Below are positions 1-8,202 of a stretch of 28,587 nucleotides of DNA, one piece after another. The first letter of the stretch is position 1; every line of letters starts with the position of its first letter. The stretch lies in IMG/VR virus record IMGVR_UViG_2617270959_000006. One strand, 5' to 3'. This DNA comes from a virus. Its lineage: Duplodnaviria; Heunggongvirae; Uroviricota; Caudoviricetes. The translations under genes and the position numbers were made by a program. The notes under the pieces are model-generated. The model was not told the origin of the DNA. It made no database searches and worked only from the letters and a program-made list of their open reading frames with translations.

Positions 1-25
1 CCCATAAGCGCTAACTTAAGGGTTG
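1..25. repeat. IS186 left terminal inverted repeat
   Basis: Perfect reverse-complement match to 1319-1343. Confidence 0.85.
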
Positions 26-57
26 TGGTATTACGCCTGATATGATTTAACGTGCCG

Positions 58-1170
58 ATGAATTACTCTCACGATAACTGGTCAGCAATTCTGGCCCATA
101 TTGGTAAGCCCGAAGAACTGGATACTTCGGCACGTAATGCCGGGGCTCTAACCCGCCGCCGCGAAATTCGTGATGCTGCAACTCTGCTACGTCTGGGGCT
201 GGCTTACGGCCCCGGGGGGATGTCATTACGTGAAGTCACTGCATGGGCTCAGCTCCATGACGTTGCAACATTATCTGACGTGGCTCTCCTGAAGCGGCTG
301 CGGAATGCCGCCGACTGGTTTGGCATACTTGCCGCACAAACACTTGCTGTACGCGCCGCAGTTACGGGTTGTACAAGCGGAAAGAGATTGCGTCTTGTCG
401 ATGGAACAGCAATCAGTGCGCCCGGGGGCGGCAGCGCTGAATGGCGACTACATATGGGATATGATCCTCATACCTGTCAGTTCACTGATTTTGAGCTAAC
501 CGACAGCAGAGACGCTGAACGGCTGGACCGATTTGCGCAAACGGCAGACGAGATACGCATTGCTGACCGGGGATTCGGTTCGCGTCCCGAATGTATCCGC
601 TCACTTGCTTTTGGAGAAGCTGATTATATCGTCCGGGTTCACTGGCGAGGATTGCGCTGGTTAACTGCAGAAGGAATGCGCTTTGACATGATGGGTTTTC
701 TGCGCGGGCTGGATTGCGGTAAGAACGGTGAAACCACTGTAATGATAGGCAATTCAGGTAATAAAAAAGCCGGAGCTCCCTTTCCGGCACGTCTCATTGC
801 CGTATCACTTCCTCCCGAAAAAGCATTAATCAGTAAAACCCGACTGCTCAGCGAGAATCGTCGAAAAGGACGAGTAGTTCAGGCGGAAACGCTGGAAGCA
901 GCGGGCCATGTGCTATTGCTAACATCATTACCGGAAGATGAATATTCAGCAGAGCAAGTGGCTGATTGTTACCGTCTGCGATGGCAAATTGAACTGGCTT
1001 TTAAGCGGCTCAAAAGTTTGCTGCACCTGGATGCTTTGCGTGCAAAGGAACCTGAACTCGCGAAAGCGTGGATATTTGCTAATCTACTCGCCGCATTTTT
1101 AATTGACGACATAATCCAGCCATCGCTGGATTTCCCCCCCAGAAGTGCCGGATCCGAAAAGAAGAACTAA
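58..1170 (+). CDS. insL: IS186 transposase (DDE, IS4 family), 370 aa
   Basis: ORF track 52..1170; ATG at 58 gives MNYSHDNWSAILAHIGKPEEL..., which I recognise as the IS186 transposase; the GTG at 52 is a possible alternative start. Confidence 0.9.
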   Translation: MNYSHDNWSAILAHIGKPEELDTSARNAGALTRRREIRDAATLLRLGLAYGPGGMSLREVTAWAQLHDVATLSDVALLKRLRNAADWFGILAAQTLAVRAAVTGCTSGKRLRLVDGTAISAPGGGSAEWRLHMGYDPHTCQFTDFELTDSRDAERLDRFAQTADEIRIADRGFGSRPECIRSLAFGEADYIVRVHWRGLRWLTAEGMRFDMMGFLRGLDCGKNGETTVMIGNSGNKKAGAPFPARLIAVSLPPEKALISKTRLLSENRRKGRVVQAETLEAAGHVLLLTSLPEDEYSAEQVADCYRLRWQIELAFKRLKSLLHLDALRAKEPELAKAWIFANLLAAFLIDDIIQPSLDFPPRSAGSEKKN

Positions 1171-1318
1171 CTCGTTGTGGAGAATAACAAAAATGGTCAT
1201 CTGGAGCTTACAGGTGGCCATTCGTGGGACAGTATCCCTGACAGCCTACAAAACGCAATTGAAGAACGCGAGGCATCGTCTTAACGAGGCACCGAGGCGT
1301 CGCATTCTTCAGATGGTT

Positions 1319-1343
1319 CAACCCTTAAGTTAGCGCTTATGGG
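1319..1343. repeat. IS186 right terminal inverted repeat
   Basis: Perfect reverse-complement match to 1-25; followed by agaaatcccc, giving GGG-N6-CCCC across the junction. Confidence 0.85.
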
Positions 1344-1792
1344 AGAAATCCCCGCAACCTCTGATGTATTATGCATCCTCAACGCAGCCACAGTTAACCT
1401 GATTGGCGGGTTTATTTCATCTGTAAATATATTTATAAAAATAATGCCCACGCACAGCATAAAACAAAAAGTATTACAGATAAAAAAGGAACGTAATGTG
1501 CAGATTTGTTGTTTTCCATATTTACTCACCTTAATATGATTAACCCTGATAGGGTTGTTATTTCAGCGGTTTTCAAATGAGATATTATGGTGATCTGACA
1601 AATTTGCATAACATTAAAATTTAATTTGTTTAACCGCTTTTAATAATAAGCGTTGTTTGTATCCCAGCAATCTGTTGTTTGGTTTTTATTCCATTAAGGT
1701 GGGGGCTTTACACTGGAGCCAGTTTATTTATACTTCATACGTCAGCCTGAACAACTGGCATCTGCTGCGCTGCGCCATCGAGAGATTGAGAA

Positions 1793-2392
1793 ATGGCGCA
1801 TATACAACTGGTCAAACAAACCTCTTCCGGATTACTTCTCCCGGCGACGCCGGAGAGTTGTGATTTTCTGCATCAAATCAAAATAGGCGAGTGGATACAC
1901 GCAGACTTTAAGCGTGTGCGTAACTACGCATTCCACAAGCGTTTTTTCAAACTCCTGCAACTGGGATTCGATTACTGGACTCCGGTCGGTGGGGCGATCA
2001 CGCCTCGCGAACGAAAACTGCTGTCTGGTTTCGTTGATTACCTGTGCGAATCAGTTGGTCGGGAACACACGCCAGCCCTGAGTGATGCCGCAGAGCAATA
2101 TCTGAATACAGTTGCGACACGCAGAACCCGGGATACGGCATTGTTAAAGTCGTTTGAGGCTTTTCGCGAGTGGGTAACCATTCAGGCTGGATTTTACACC
2201 GAACATTTTTATCCGGACGGTAGCCATGGGCGTCGGGCGAAATCCATCGCTTTTGCGAATATGGACGAAACCGAGTTTCAGCAGGTTTATAAATCTGTTC
2301 TGAATGTGCTGTGGAACTGGATTCTGTTCCGTAAATTTTCCTCTCCGGAACAAGTCGAAAATGTGGCCGCGCAGCTGCTGGAGTTTGCGTAA
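1793..2392 (+). CDS. Conserved lambdoid nin-region protein (DUF1367-like, function unknown), 199 aa
   Basis: Intact ORF with ATG at 1793; stop overlaps the next gene's ATG (TAATG). Family name is from memory of lambdoid prophage annotations and is not verified. Confidence 0.65.
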   Translation: MAHIQLVKQTSSGLLLPATPESCDFLHQIKIGEWIHADFKRVRNYAFHKRFFKLLQLGFDYWTPVGGAITPRERKLLSGFVDYLCESVGREHTPALSDAAEQYLNTVATRRTRDTALLKSFEAFREWVTIQAGFYTEHFYPDGSHGRRAKSIAFANMDETEFQQVYKSVLNVLWNWILFRKFSSPEQVENVAAQLLEFA

Positions 2393-2682
2393 TGGTGGAT
2401 TTACGTAAAGCGGCGCGGGGGCAGATGTGCACCGTCAGAATTCCTGGCTACTGCAATCACGATCCGGAAACGTCTGTGCTGGCGCATTACCGACTGGCGG
2501 GAACGTGCGGAACAGCGACAAAACCACACAATATGCAGGCGGCGATTGCCTGTAGCTCATGCCACGATCTAATCGACGGGCGGGTAAAAACCATCGATTA
2601 CACCAAAGAAGAATTACGCCTGATGCATGCAGAAGGTGTTCTTCGCACACAAGAAATCTGGAGAAAGGAGGGATATTTATGA
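2392..2682 (+). CDS. YbcO-like putative nuclease (DUF1364), 96 aa, Cys/His-rich
   Basis: MVDLRKAARGQMCTVRIPGYC...CSSCHD resembles DLP12 YbcO (MADLRKAARGRECQVRIPGVC...) as I recall it; translationally coupled to both neighbours. Confidence 0.7.
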   Translation: MVDLRKAARGQMCTVRIPGYCNHDPETSVLAHYRLAGTCGTATKPHNMQAAIACSSCHDLIDGRVKTIDYTKEELRLMHAEGVLRTQEIWRKEGYL

Positions 2683-3221
2683 TTTACCCAACGAATACAG
2701 GAAAAAGCGGAGAACACCTTCGTCTCACCACGCTGGAAAGTGTCTGGATTCAGGGAAAACTACGTATGTGGGGGCGCTGGTCGTATATTGGCGGCGGTAA
2801 GACGGGGAATATGTTCAACCAGTTGTTGGCCTCTAAAAAGCTGACAAAAACGGCAATTAACGAGGCGCTCCGGAGGATGAAAAAAGCAGGTCTGAACAAG
2901 TCTGAACTTGAGGCTTTTTTGCGGGATATGATTAACGGTAAGCAAAAGAGCTGGCTGGCGCATTGTACTGATGCAGAGGCGTTATGTATTGATCGGGTCA
3001 TAAGTGAGGTGCTGGCAGAGCATCCAGGATTGATTAGCGTCCTTCGGCAACGGTATGAGGGGCGGGGGATGACCAAACGCAAAATGGCTGAATTGCTAAA
3101 TGATGCACACCCAGAGTGGTGTTTTAGCACATGCGAAAAGCGAATTGCTAATTGGTTGGCCGTTGCTGAGTATGCGCTATACATTCCCATGCGAGAATCA
3201 TTCGCTCAAAAAACGGCTTGA
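2679..3221 (+). CDS. Putative late-gene antiterminator (Q-like), 180 aa
   Basis: ATG at 2679 preceded by AGGAGG; start overlaps the YbcO-like stop (ATGA). Assigned by position (last gene before terminator/tRNAs/lysis cassette), not by recognised sequence. The track's 2559 start is an upstream extension in the same frame that overlaps the YbcO-like gene; I prefer the ATG with the strong SD. Confidence 0.5.
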   Translation: MIYPTNTGKSGEHLRLTTLESVWIQGKLRMWGRWSYIGGGKTGNMFNQLLASKKLTKTAINEALRRMKKAGLNKSELEAFLRDMINGKQKSWLAHCTDAEALCIDRVISEVLAEHPGLISVLRQRYEGRGMTKRKMAELLNDAHPEWCFSTCEKRIANWLAVAEYALYIPMRESFAQKTA

Positions 3222-3246
3222 TTTTTTACGCATAAACTGCTTCAAT
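3218..3246 (+). promoter_or_regulatory. Candidate late promoter (pR'-like): TTGATT -17 bp- TTCAAT
   Basis: -35-like hexamer overlapping the Q stop codon, 17-bp spacer, weak -10; position analogous to lambda pR'. Sequence match is weak. Confidence 0.25.
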
Positions 3247-3307
3247 TTTGCTACGCTTCGCAAAGCTGTATCGCGAGGCGAATCAAGCGCAATTAAACTT
3301 TAATAGA

Positions 3308-3335
3308 ACCCGCCATCGAGCGGGTTTTGTTGTTT
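3308..3335 (+). terminator. Intrinsic terminator (tR'-like) ~90 nt downstream of the Q-like gene
   Basis: acccgc-catcga-gcgggt hairpin (6-bp GC stem) followed by ttttgttgttt. Confidence 0.6.
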
Positions 3336-3574
3336 CTGTGGTGTGATATCAGAAACGATATTTAATCATCGCCTTCAAAATAAATTTATTTATATGTTGT
3401 TGTATATATTTTAAGTGAAAGTGAATTATTCACATAAAATAAAAACATATAAATAAATTTACATAACTTGACGCAAACTGTTGTTGCGATTGGAATATTA
3501 AATCGTATCATCGAAAACGGTTCTGAGGGGGAACTCTTCTTTGAACGGTGATATCGCTCCCCTGAAGAACCAAT

Positions 3575-3650
<76 letters not shown>

Positions 3651-3653
3651 TAT

Positions 3654-3728
<75 letters not shown>

Positions 3729-4093
3729 GCATTTGAAACAAGCCTTATTGTATTACGGCACTGGCGTATTTTTTTATTACGTGGGAGCAGGTTGTTTTGA
3801 AAAAGCATTCTGTTCTCTGGCTATGATTTGAGGCCGGGTGTAGCCTCAGTGCTGATTTTTTTACGGCAGCAGAATGGTGCATTATCGGTGGAGATTTTGT
3901 ATTTCCTGGCAGGGTCGGTGGTGCATCATTCTGGTGTTGTAAATCGCACCACAGAGGCGCTCCTCAGTGCGAGGGTGGTTTAAAGAGTCGGTTTAGCGGG
4001 AAACCACAGTATCCATACAGCACGGAATACTTCGGGAGGCACCCGACGCCTCGGTTTAATAACAATTAAAAAATTCATCCCTTGCATTGACCA

Positions 4094-4118
4094 ACCGCCA
4101 TATCTGGCGGTTTTTTTT
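4094..4118 (+). terminator. Strong intrinsic terminator in the late leader
   Basis: accgcca-tatc-tggcggt (7-bp stem, 4-nt loop) followed by eight T. Confidence 0.7.
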
Positions 4119-4507
4119 ATTCCTTTCTCAGGACAAAAAAAGACACGAGCATCCAGGAATACTCGTGGGACAACGTCCTTTAGATAGCAATTTGCGAGAG
4201 GGTGAAAAGTAGCGCGGTCGTCGGATTAAGACCGCGGGACAAAGTCCATGAAGAATAATAAGTATTGGCCCCCTTCTGGGGACATGTTCATACTACTAAG
4301 CTTCAGAAGTGGTTTAAATCATCAAATTAACCTTAATTTTCGATAAGTCTTATTTCATTTCTTTGCGCCACATCTGGCGCGCATCAAATAACGCCACGCA
4401 AAGGGCATCTGCGGATGCCGGTGCTTTTGACGGGGTGTTTTTTACGGGCCGCTGGTGGCCATTTTTTGTTTCCATTACACAGCGCCCGCATCTGCGAGGT
4501 GGGGGTT

Positions 4508-4723
4508 ATGAAATCCATGGATAAGTTAACAACGGGTGTCGCCTATGGCACCTCCGCAAGCAGTGCTGGCTACTGGTTTTTACAGTTGCTCGATAGAGTA
4601 ACTCCGTCACAGTGGGCTGCAATCGGTGTGCTGGGTAGTCTGGTTTTTGGCCTGCTGACGTACCTGACAAACCTTTATTTCAAGATTAAAGAAGATAAGC
4701 GCAAGGCTGCGAGAGGTGAATAA
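4508..4723 (+). CDS. Pinholin, phage-21 S21 type, 71 aa with dual start (Met1/Met4: MKSMDK)
   Basis: [26 protein letters not shown]...[13 protein letters not shown] closely resembles S21 as I recall it; two TM segments, basic C-terminus. The track's 4415 start is an upstream read-through. Confidence 0.9.
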   Translation: MKSMDKLTTGVAYGTSASSAGYWFLQLLDRVTPSQWAAIGVLGSLVFGLLTYLTNLYFKIKEDKRKAARGE

Positions 4724-5220
4724 TGCCTCCATCATTACGAAAAGCCGTTGCTGCTGCTATTGGTGGCGGAGCAATTGCTATAGCATCAGTGTTAATCACT
4801 GGCTCAAGTGGTAACGATGGTCTGGAGGGTGTCAGCTACATACCATACAAAGATATTGTTGGTGTATGGACTGTATGTCACGGGCATACAGGAAAAGACA
4901 TCATGCTCGGTAAAACGTATACCAAAGCAGAATGCAAAGCACTCTTGAATAAAGACCTTGCCACTGTCGCCAGACAAATTAACCCGTACATCAAAGTCGA
5001 TATACCGGAAACAACGCGCGGCGCTCTTTACTCATTCGTTTACAACGTGGGTGCTGGCAATTTCAGAACATCGACGCTTCTTCGCAAAATAAACCAGGGC
5101 GATATCAAAGGCGCATGTGATCAGCTACGTCGCTGGACATATGCTGGCGGTAAGCAATGGAAAGGTCTCATGACTCGTCGTGAGATTGAGCGTGAAATCT
5201 GTTTGTGGGGTCAGCAATGA
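4723..5220 (+). CDS. SAR endolysin (R21-type lysozyme with N-terminal signal-arrest-release domain), 165 aa
   Basis: Gly/Ala-rich weakly hydrophobic N-terminus ([20 protein letters not shown]) followed by E35/D44/T50 catalytic positions; start overlaps pinholin stop (TAATG). Confidence 0.9.
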   Translation: MPPSLRKAVAAAIGGGAIAIASVLITGSSGNDGLEGVSYIPYKDIVGVWTVCHGHTGKDIMLGKTYTKAECKALLNKDLATVARQINPYIKVDIPETTRGALYSFVYNVGAGNFRTSTLLRKINQGDIKGACDQLRRWTYAGGKQWKGLMTRREIEREICLWGQQ

Positions 5221-5681
5221 ACAGAGTAACCGCGATTATCTCCGCTCTGGTTATCTGCATCATCGTCTGCCTGTCATGGGCTGTTAATCATTACCGTGAT
5301 AACGCCATTACCTACAAAGCCCAGCGCGACAAAAATGCCAGAGAACTGAAGCTGGCGAACGCGGCAATTACTGACATGCAGATGCGTCAGCGTGATGTTG
5401 CTGCGCTCGATGCAAAATACACGAAGGAGTTAGCTGATGCGAAAGCTGAAAATGATGCTCTGCGTGATGATGTTGCCGCTGGTCGTCGTCGGTTGCACAT
5501 CAAAGCAGTCTGTCAGTCAGTGCGTGAAGCCACCACCGCCTCCGGCGTGGATAATGCAGCCTCCCCCCGACTGGCAGACACCGCTGAACGGGATTATTTC
5601 ACCCTCCGGGAACGACTGGTAATGATGCAGGCCCAACTTGAAGGTGCTCAGCAATACATAACCGAACAGTGTTTAAAGTAA
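5217..5681 (+). CDS. Rz: Rz i-spanin (inner-membrane spanin), 154 aa
   Basis: ATG at 5217 overlaps the endolysin stop (ATGA); N-terminal TM helix then a long charged helical region. The track's 5205 start is an upstream extension. Confidence 0.85.
   Translation: MNRVTAIISALVICIIVCLSWAVNHYRDNAITYKAQRDKNARELKLANAAITDMQMRQRDVAALDAKYTKELADAKAENDALRDDVAAGRRRLHIKAVCQSVREATTASGVDNAASPRLADTAERDYFTLRERLVMMQAQLEGAQQYITEQCLK
5437..5622 (+). CDS. Rz1: Rz1 o-spanin (outer-membrane lipoprotein) embedded in the +1 frame of Rz, 61 aa
   Basis: AAGGAG 7 nt upstream of the ATG; signal peptide ending in lipobox VVGC; proline-rich mature part (PPPPP...PPP). Confidence 0.8.
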   Translation: MRKLKMMLCVMMLPLVVVGCTSKQSVSQCVKPPPPPAWIMQPPPDWQTPLNGIISPSGNDW

Positions 5682-5818
5682 AATCTTAACTACAATATGA
5701 TTCATTTTGATGATTGTTTCATAAGGAACAGTGAAGTAAGATCTAAGATGAGTTAAATTTTATACAGTATAATCATAATATTGCAGCAAGGTGGTTATAA
5801 TTGAAAGAATATTTAGAT

Positions 5819-7276
5819 ATGAATACATCTCATGTAAGAGTTGTTACTCATATGTGTGGGTTCCTGGTTTGGCTCTATAGTCTTTCAATGTTGCCACCAA
5901 TGGTTGTAGCATTGTTTTATAAAGAAAAAAGCCTGTTCGTTTTCTTTATAACTTTCGTTATATTTTTTTGCATTGGTGGCGGAGCGTGGTATACAACTAA
6001 GAAATCTGGCATTCAATTACGTACCCGTGATGGGTTTATTATAATTGTAATGTTTTGGATTTTGTTTTCTGTTATTAGTGCATTCCCTTTATGGATTGAC
6101 TCAGAACTTAATTTAACGTTCATTGATGCTCTGTTTGAAGGGGTTTCTGGAATAACAACAACAGGAGCAACTGTAATTGATGATGTTAGTTCATTACCTC
6201 GGGCATATTTGTACTATCGGTCACAGTTAAATTTTATAGGTGGTTTAGGAGTTATTGTTCTGGCGGTTGCTGTATTGCCATTATTGGGTATTGGTGGTGC
6301 AAAGCTTTATCAGTCAGAAATGCCGGGGCCATTTAAGGATGACAAACTCACTCCCCGCCTGGCCGATACGTCACGGACACTGTGGATAACTTATTCTTTA
6401 TTAGGTATTGCTTGTATTGTCTGTTATAGACTTGCAGGAATGCCTTTGTTTGATGCTATTTGTCACGGGATTTCCACAGTTTCGCTTGGTGGTTTCTCAA
6501 CTCATAGCGAGAGTATCGGATATTTTAATAACTATTTGGTTGAGCTGGTGGCTGGTTCTTTTTCCCTGCTATCGGCTTTCAACTTCACTCTTTGGTATAT
6601 TGTTATTAGCAGGAAAACGATAAAACCTTTAATCAGAGATATTGAACTTCGTTTCTTTCTGTTAATAGCCTTAGGGGTGATCATTGTTACCTCTTTCCAG
6701 GTCTGGCATATAGGTATGTATGACTTGCATGGAAGTTTTATTCATTCGTTTTTTCTTGCCAGCTCCATGCTCACTGATAATGGTTTAGCTACGCAGGATT
6801 ATGCAAACTGGCCCACGCACACGATAGTGTTTTTGCTGTTGTCAAGTTTCTTTGGGGGATGTATAGGTTCAACTTGTGGTGGAATTAAGTCACTTCGATT
6901 TCTTATACTTTTCAAACAAAGCAAACACGAGATAAATCAGCTTTCTCATCCCAGAGCGTTGTTGAGTGTAAATGTAGGAGGGAAGATAGTTACAGATCGT
7001 GTAATGAGGTCTGTATGGAGTTTCTTTTTTCTTTATACTCTCTTCACGGTGTTTTTTATACTGGTGTTAAATGGTATGGGATATGATTTTCTTACATCAT
7101 TTGCAACAGTGGCTGCATGTATTAATAATATGGGATTAGGTTTTGGGGCTACTGCATCGTCATTCGGAGTGCTTAATGACATTGCAAAATATTTAATGTG
7201 CATAGCTATGATTCTTGGTCGCCTTGAAATTTATCCTGTTATTATATTGTTTTCAGGTTTTTTTTGGCGCTCCTAA
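5819..7276 (+). CDS. trkG: TrkG, Trk-system K+ uptake membrane protein (TrkH/KtrB family), 485 aa; low-GC moron
   Basis: Polytopic membrane protein starting MNTSHVRVVTHMCGFLVWLY..., which I recognise as the Rac-prophage TrkG; markedly AT-rich relative to its neighbours. The track's TTG at 5801 is an alternative start. Confidence 0.9.
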   Translation: MNTSHVRVVTHMCGFLVWLYSLSMLPPMVVALFYKEKSLFVFFITFVIFFCIGGGAWYTTKKSGIQLRTRDGFIIIVMFWILFSVISAFPLWIDSELNLTFIDALFEGVSGITTTGATVIDDVSSLPRAYLYYRSQLNFIGGLGVIVLAVAVLPLLGIGGAKLYQSEMPGPFKDDKLTPRLADTSRTLWITYSLLGIACIVCYRLAGMPLFDAICHGISTVSLGGFSTHSESIGYFNNYLVELVAGSFSLLSAFNFTLWYIVISRKTIKPLIRDIELRFFLLIALGVIIVTSFQVWHIGMYDLHGSFIHSFFLASSMLTDNGLATQDYANWPTHTIVFLLLSSFFGGCIGSTCGGIKSLRFLILFKQSKHEINQLSHPRALLSVNVGGKIVTDRVMRSVWSFFFLYTLFTVFFILVLNGMGYDFLTSFATVAACINNMGLGFGATASSFGVLNDIAKYLMCIAMILGRLEIYPVIILFSGFFWRS

Positions 7277-7363
7277 TATATGGCTGATTTATAATTGTGA
7301 GTTTAATATTATATTGACTCACTCATTGATCCAATACCTAACTTTACCAGCAACACCTCCGCC

Positions 7364-7398
7364 CCCAGTAGCACTGGCTGCTGGGGTGCGTTTTATTC
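7364..7398 (+). terminator. Possible terminator hairpin downstream of trkG
   Basis: ccccag...ctgggg imperfect stem followed by tgcgttttatt; the U-tract is offset from the stem. Confidence 0.35.
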
Positions 7399-7413
7399 AT
7401 AAAGCAAGGCTGT

Positions 7414-8202
7414 ATGAGCGAGAAATTAAAGATAGTCTATCGCCCATTACAAGAATTGTCACCGTATGCGCACAACGCCAGGACGCACAGTACTGAGCAG
7501 GTGGCACAACTGGTAGAAAGTATTAAGCAATTCGGCTGGACTAATCCGGTGCTGATTGACGAAAAGGGCGAAATTATTGCGGGTCACGGTCGTGTTATGG
7601 CGGCTGAAATGCTCAAAATGGATTCTGTTCCGGTCATTGTTCTGTCTGGCCTGACGGATGAGCAGAAAAAGGCGTACCGCCTGGCAGATAATCGCCTACC
7701 GATGAATGCTGGCTGGGATGAAGATCTATTGCGGATGGAGCTGTCGGACCTAATCAATGCTGATTTTGATGTCTCCCTGACAGGCTTCGGCCCGACAGAA
7801 ATTGATGAACTGTTGACGGATGTTTTGCCCGGTACAGGAAATAAGGAGGAGCCGTATACGACGAAAATTGATACGCCTGTTTATGAGCCGTCGGGCGGTA
7901 AACCGGATATCAGTGAACTGTACGACGATACGAAAACTCAGGAGCTGATCAGCCGGATACGTTCGGCGTCCCTTGATCCTGATATTGAGAAATTCCTCCT
8001 GTGTGCGGCAGAACGTCACACGGTGTTTAATTTCAGCAGAATTGCGGACTATTACGCTCATGCCCCCGCTGAAATTCAGTGCCTTTTCGAGGAGTCGGCG
8101 CTGGTGATCATTGATTATCAGCAGGCTATTGAAAATGGATTTGTCCGAATGACGCAGCGCATGGTGGCGATCATGCATAGCGGGGAGGAGGAATATGCGT
8201 GA
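7414..8202 (+). CDS. ParB/Srx-like nuclease-domain protein (YnaK-like position), 262 aa
   Basis: N-terminal ~90 aa follow the ParB N-domain pattern (PYAHNART...LVESI...GWTNPVLI...IIAGHGRVMAA...VPVIV); C-terminal 170 aa unassigned. Sits in the trkG-ynaK-ydaY position known from Rac. Confidence 0.7.
   Translation: MSEKLKIVYRPLQELSPYAHNARTHSTEQVAQLVESIKQFGWTNPVLIDEKGEIIAGHGRVMAAEMLKMDSVPVIVLSGLTDEQKKAYRLADNRLPMNAGWDEDLLRMELSDLINADFDVSLTGFGPTEIDELLTDVLPGTGNKEEPYTTKIDTPVYEPSGGKPDISELYDDTKTQELISRIRSASLDPDIEKFLLCAAERHTVFNFSRIADYYAHAPAEIQCLFEESALVIIDYQQAIENGFVRMTQRMVAIMHSGEEEYA

Larger units (their letters stand above)
1..1343 (+). mobile_element. IS186: IS186 (IS4 family) insertion sequence, complete copy; window starts at or within a few bp of its left end
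   Basis: 25-bp perfect terminal inverted repeats (1-25 cccataagcgctaacttaagggttg vs reverse complement of 1319-1343) flank a single 370-aa transposase ORF; length ~1.34 kb fits IS186. Exact ends may be 4..1340 if the terminal ccc/ggg belong to the target duplication. Confidence 0.9.

Noticed and set aside
482-790. 102-aa minus-strand ORF inside IS186
   Set aside because: Antisense to the transposase gene; IS186 is not known to encode a second protein here; no start context.
1281-1529. 82-aa minus-strand ORF crossing the IS186 right end (hydrophobic N-terminus), considered as a gene truncated by the IS
   Set aside because: Begins with GTG without any SD in AT-rich sequence, and its reading frame runs into the IS terminal repeat; more likely chance ORF in promoter DNA. 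Cannot be fully excluded without the left flank.
1339-1863. Short + strand ORFs 1339-1539 and 1657-1863 in the IS/DUF1367 intergenic region
   Set aside because: No SD, AT-rich low-complexity translations; the second overlaps the well-supported 1793 gene start.
1998-3190. Minus-strand ORFs 1998-2432, 2144-2353, 2435-2650, 2750-3190, 2760-2963
   Set aside because: All antisense to the translationally coupled DUF1367-like/YbcO-like/Q-like genes; no independent support.
4415-4507. Upstream extension of the pinholin ORF to 4415 (102 aa)
   Set aside because: The conserved S21-type product starts at MKSMDK (4508); the extension is leader sequence read through in frame.
3729-4507. Search for Shiga-toxin or other toxin genes in the Q-lysis interval
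   Set aside because: No ORF of 60 aa or more on either strand; nothing resembling stxA/stxB; interval is non-coding leader.
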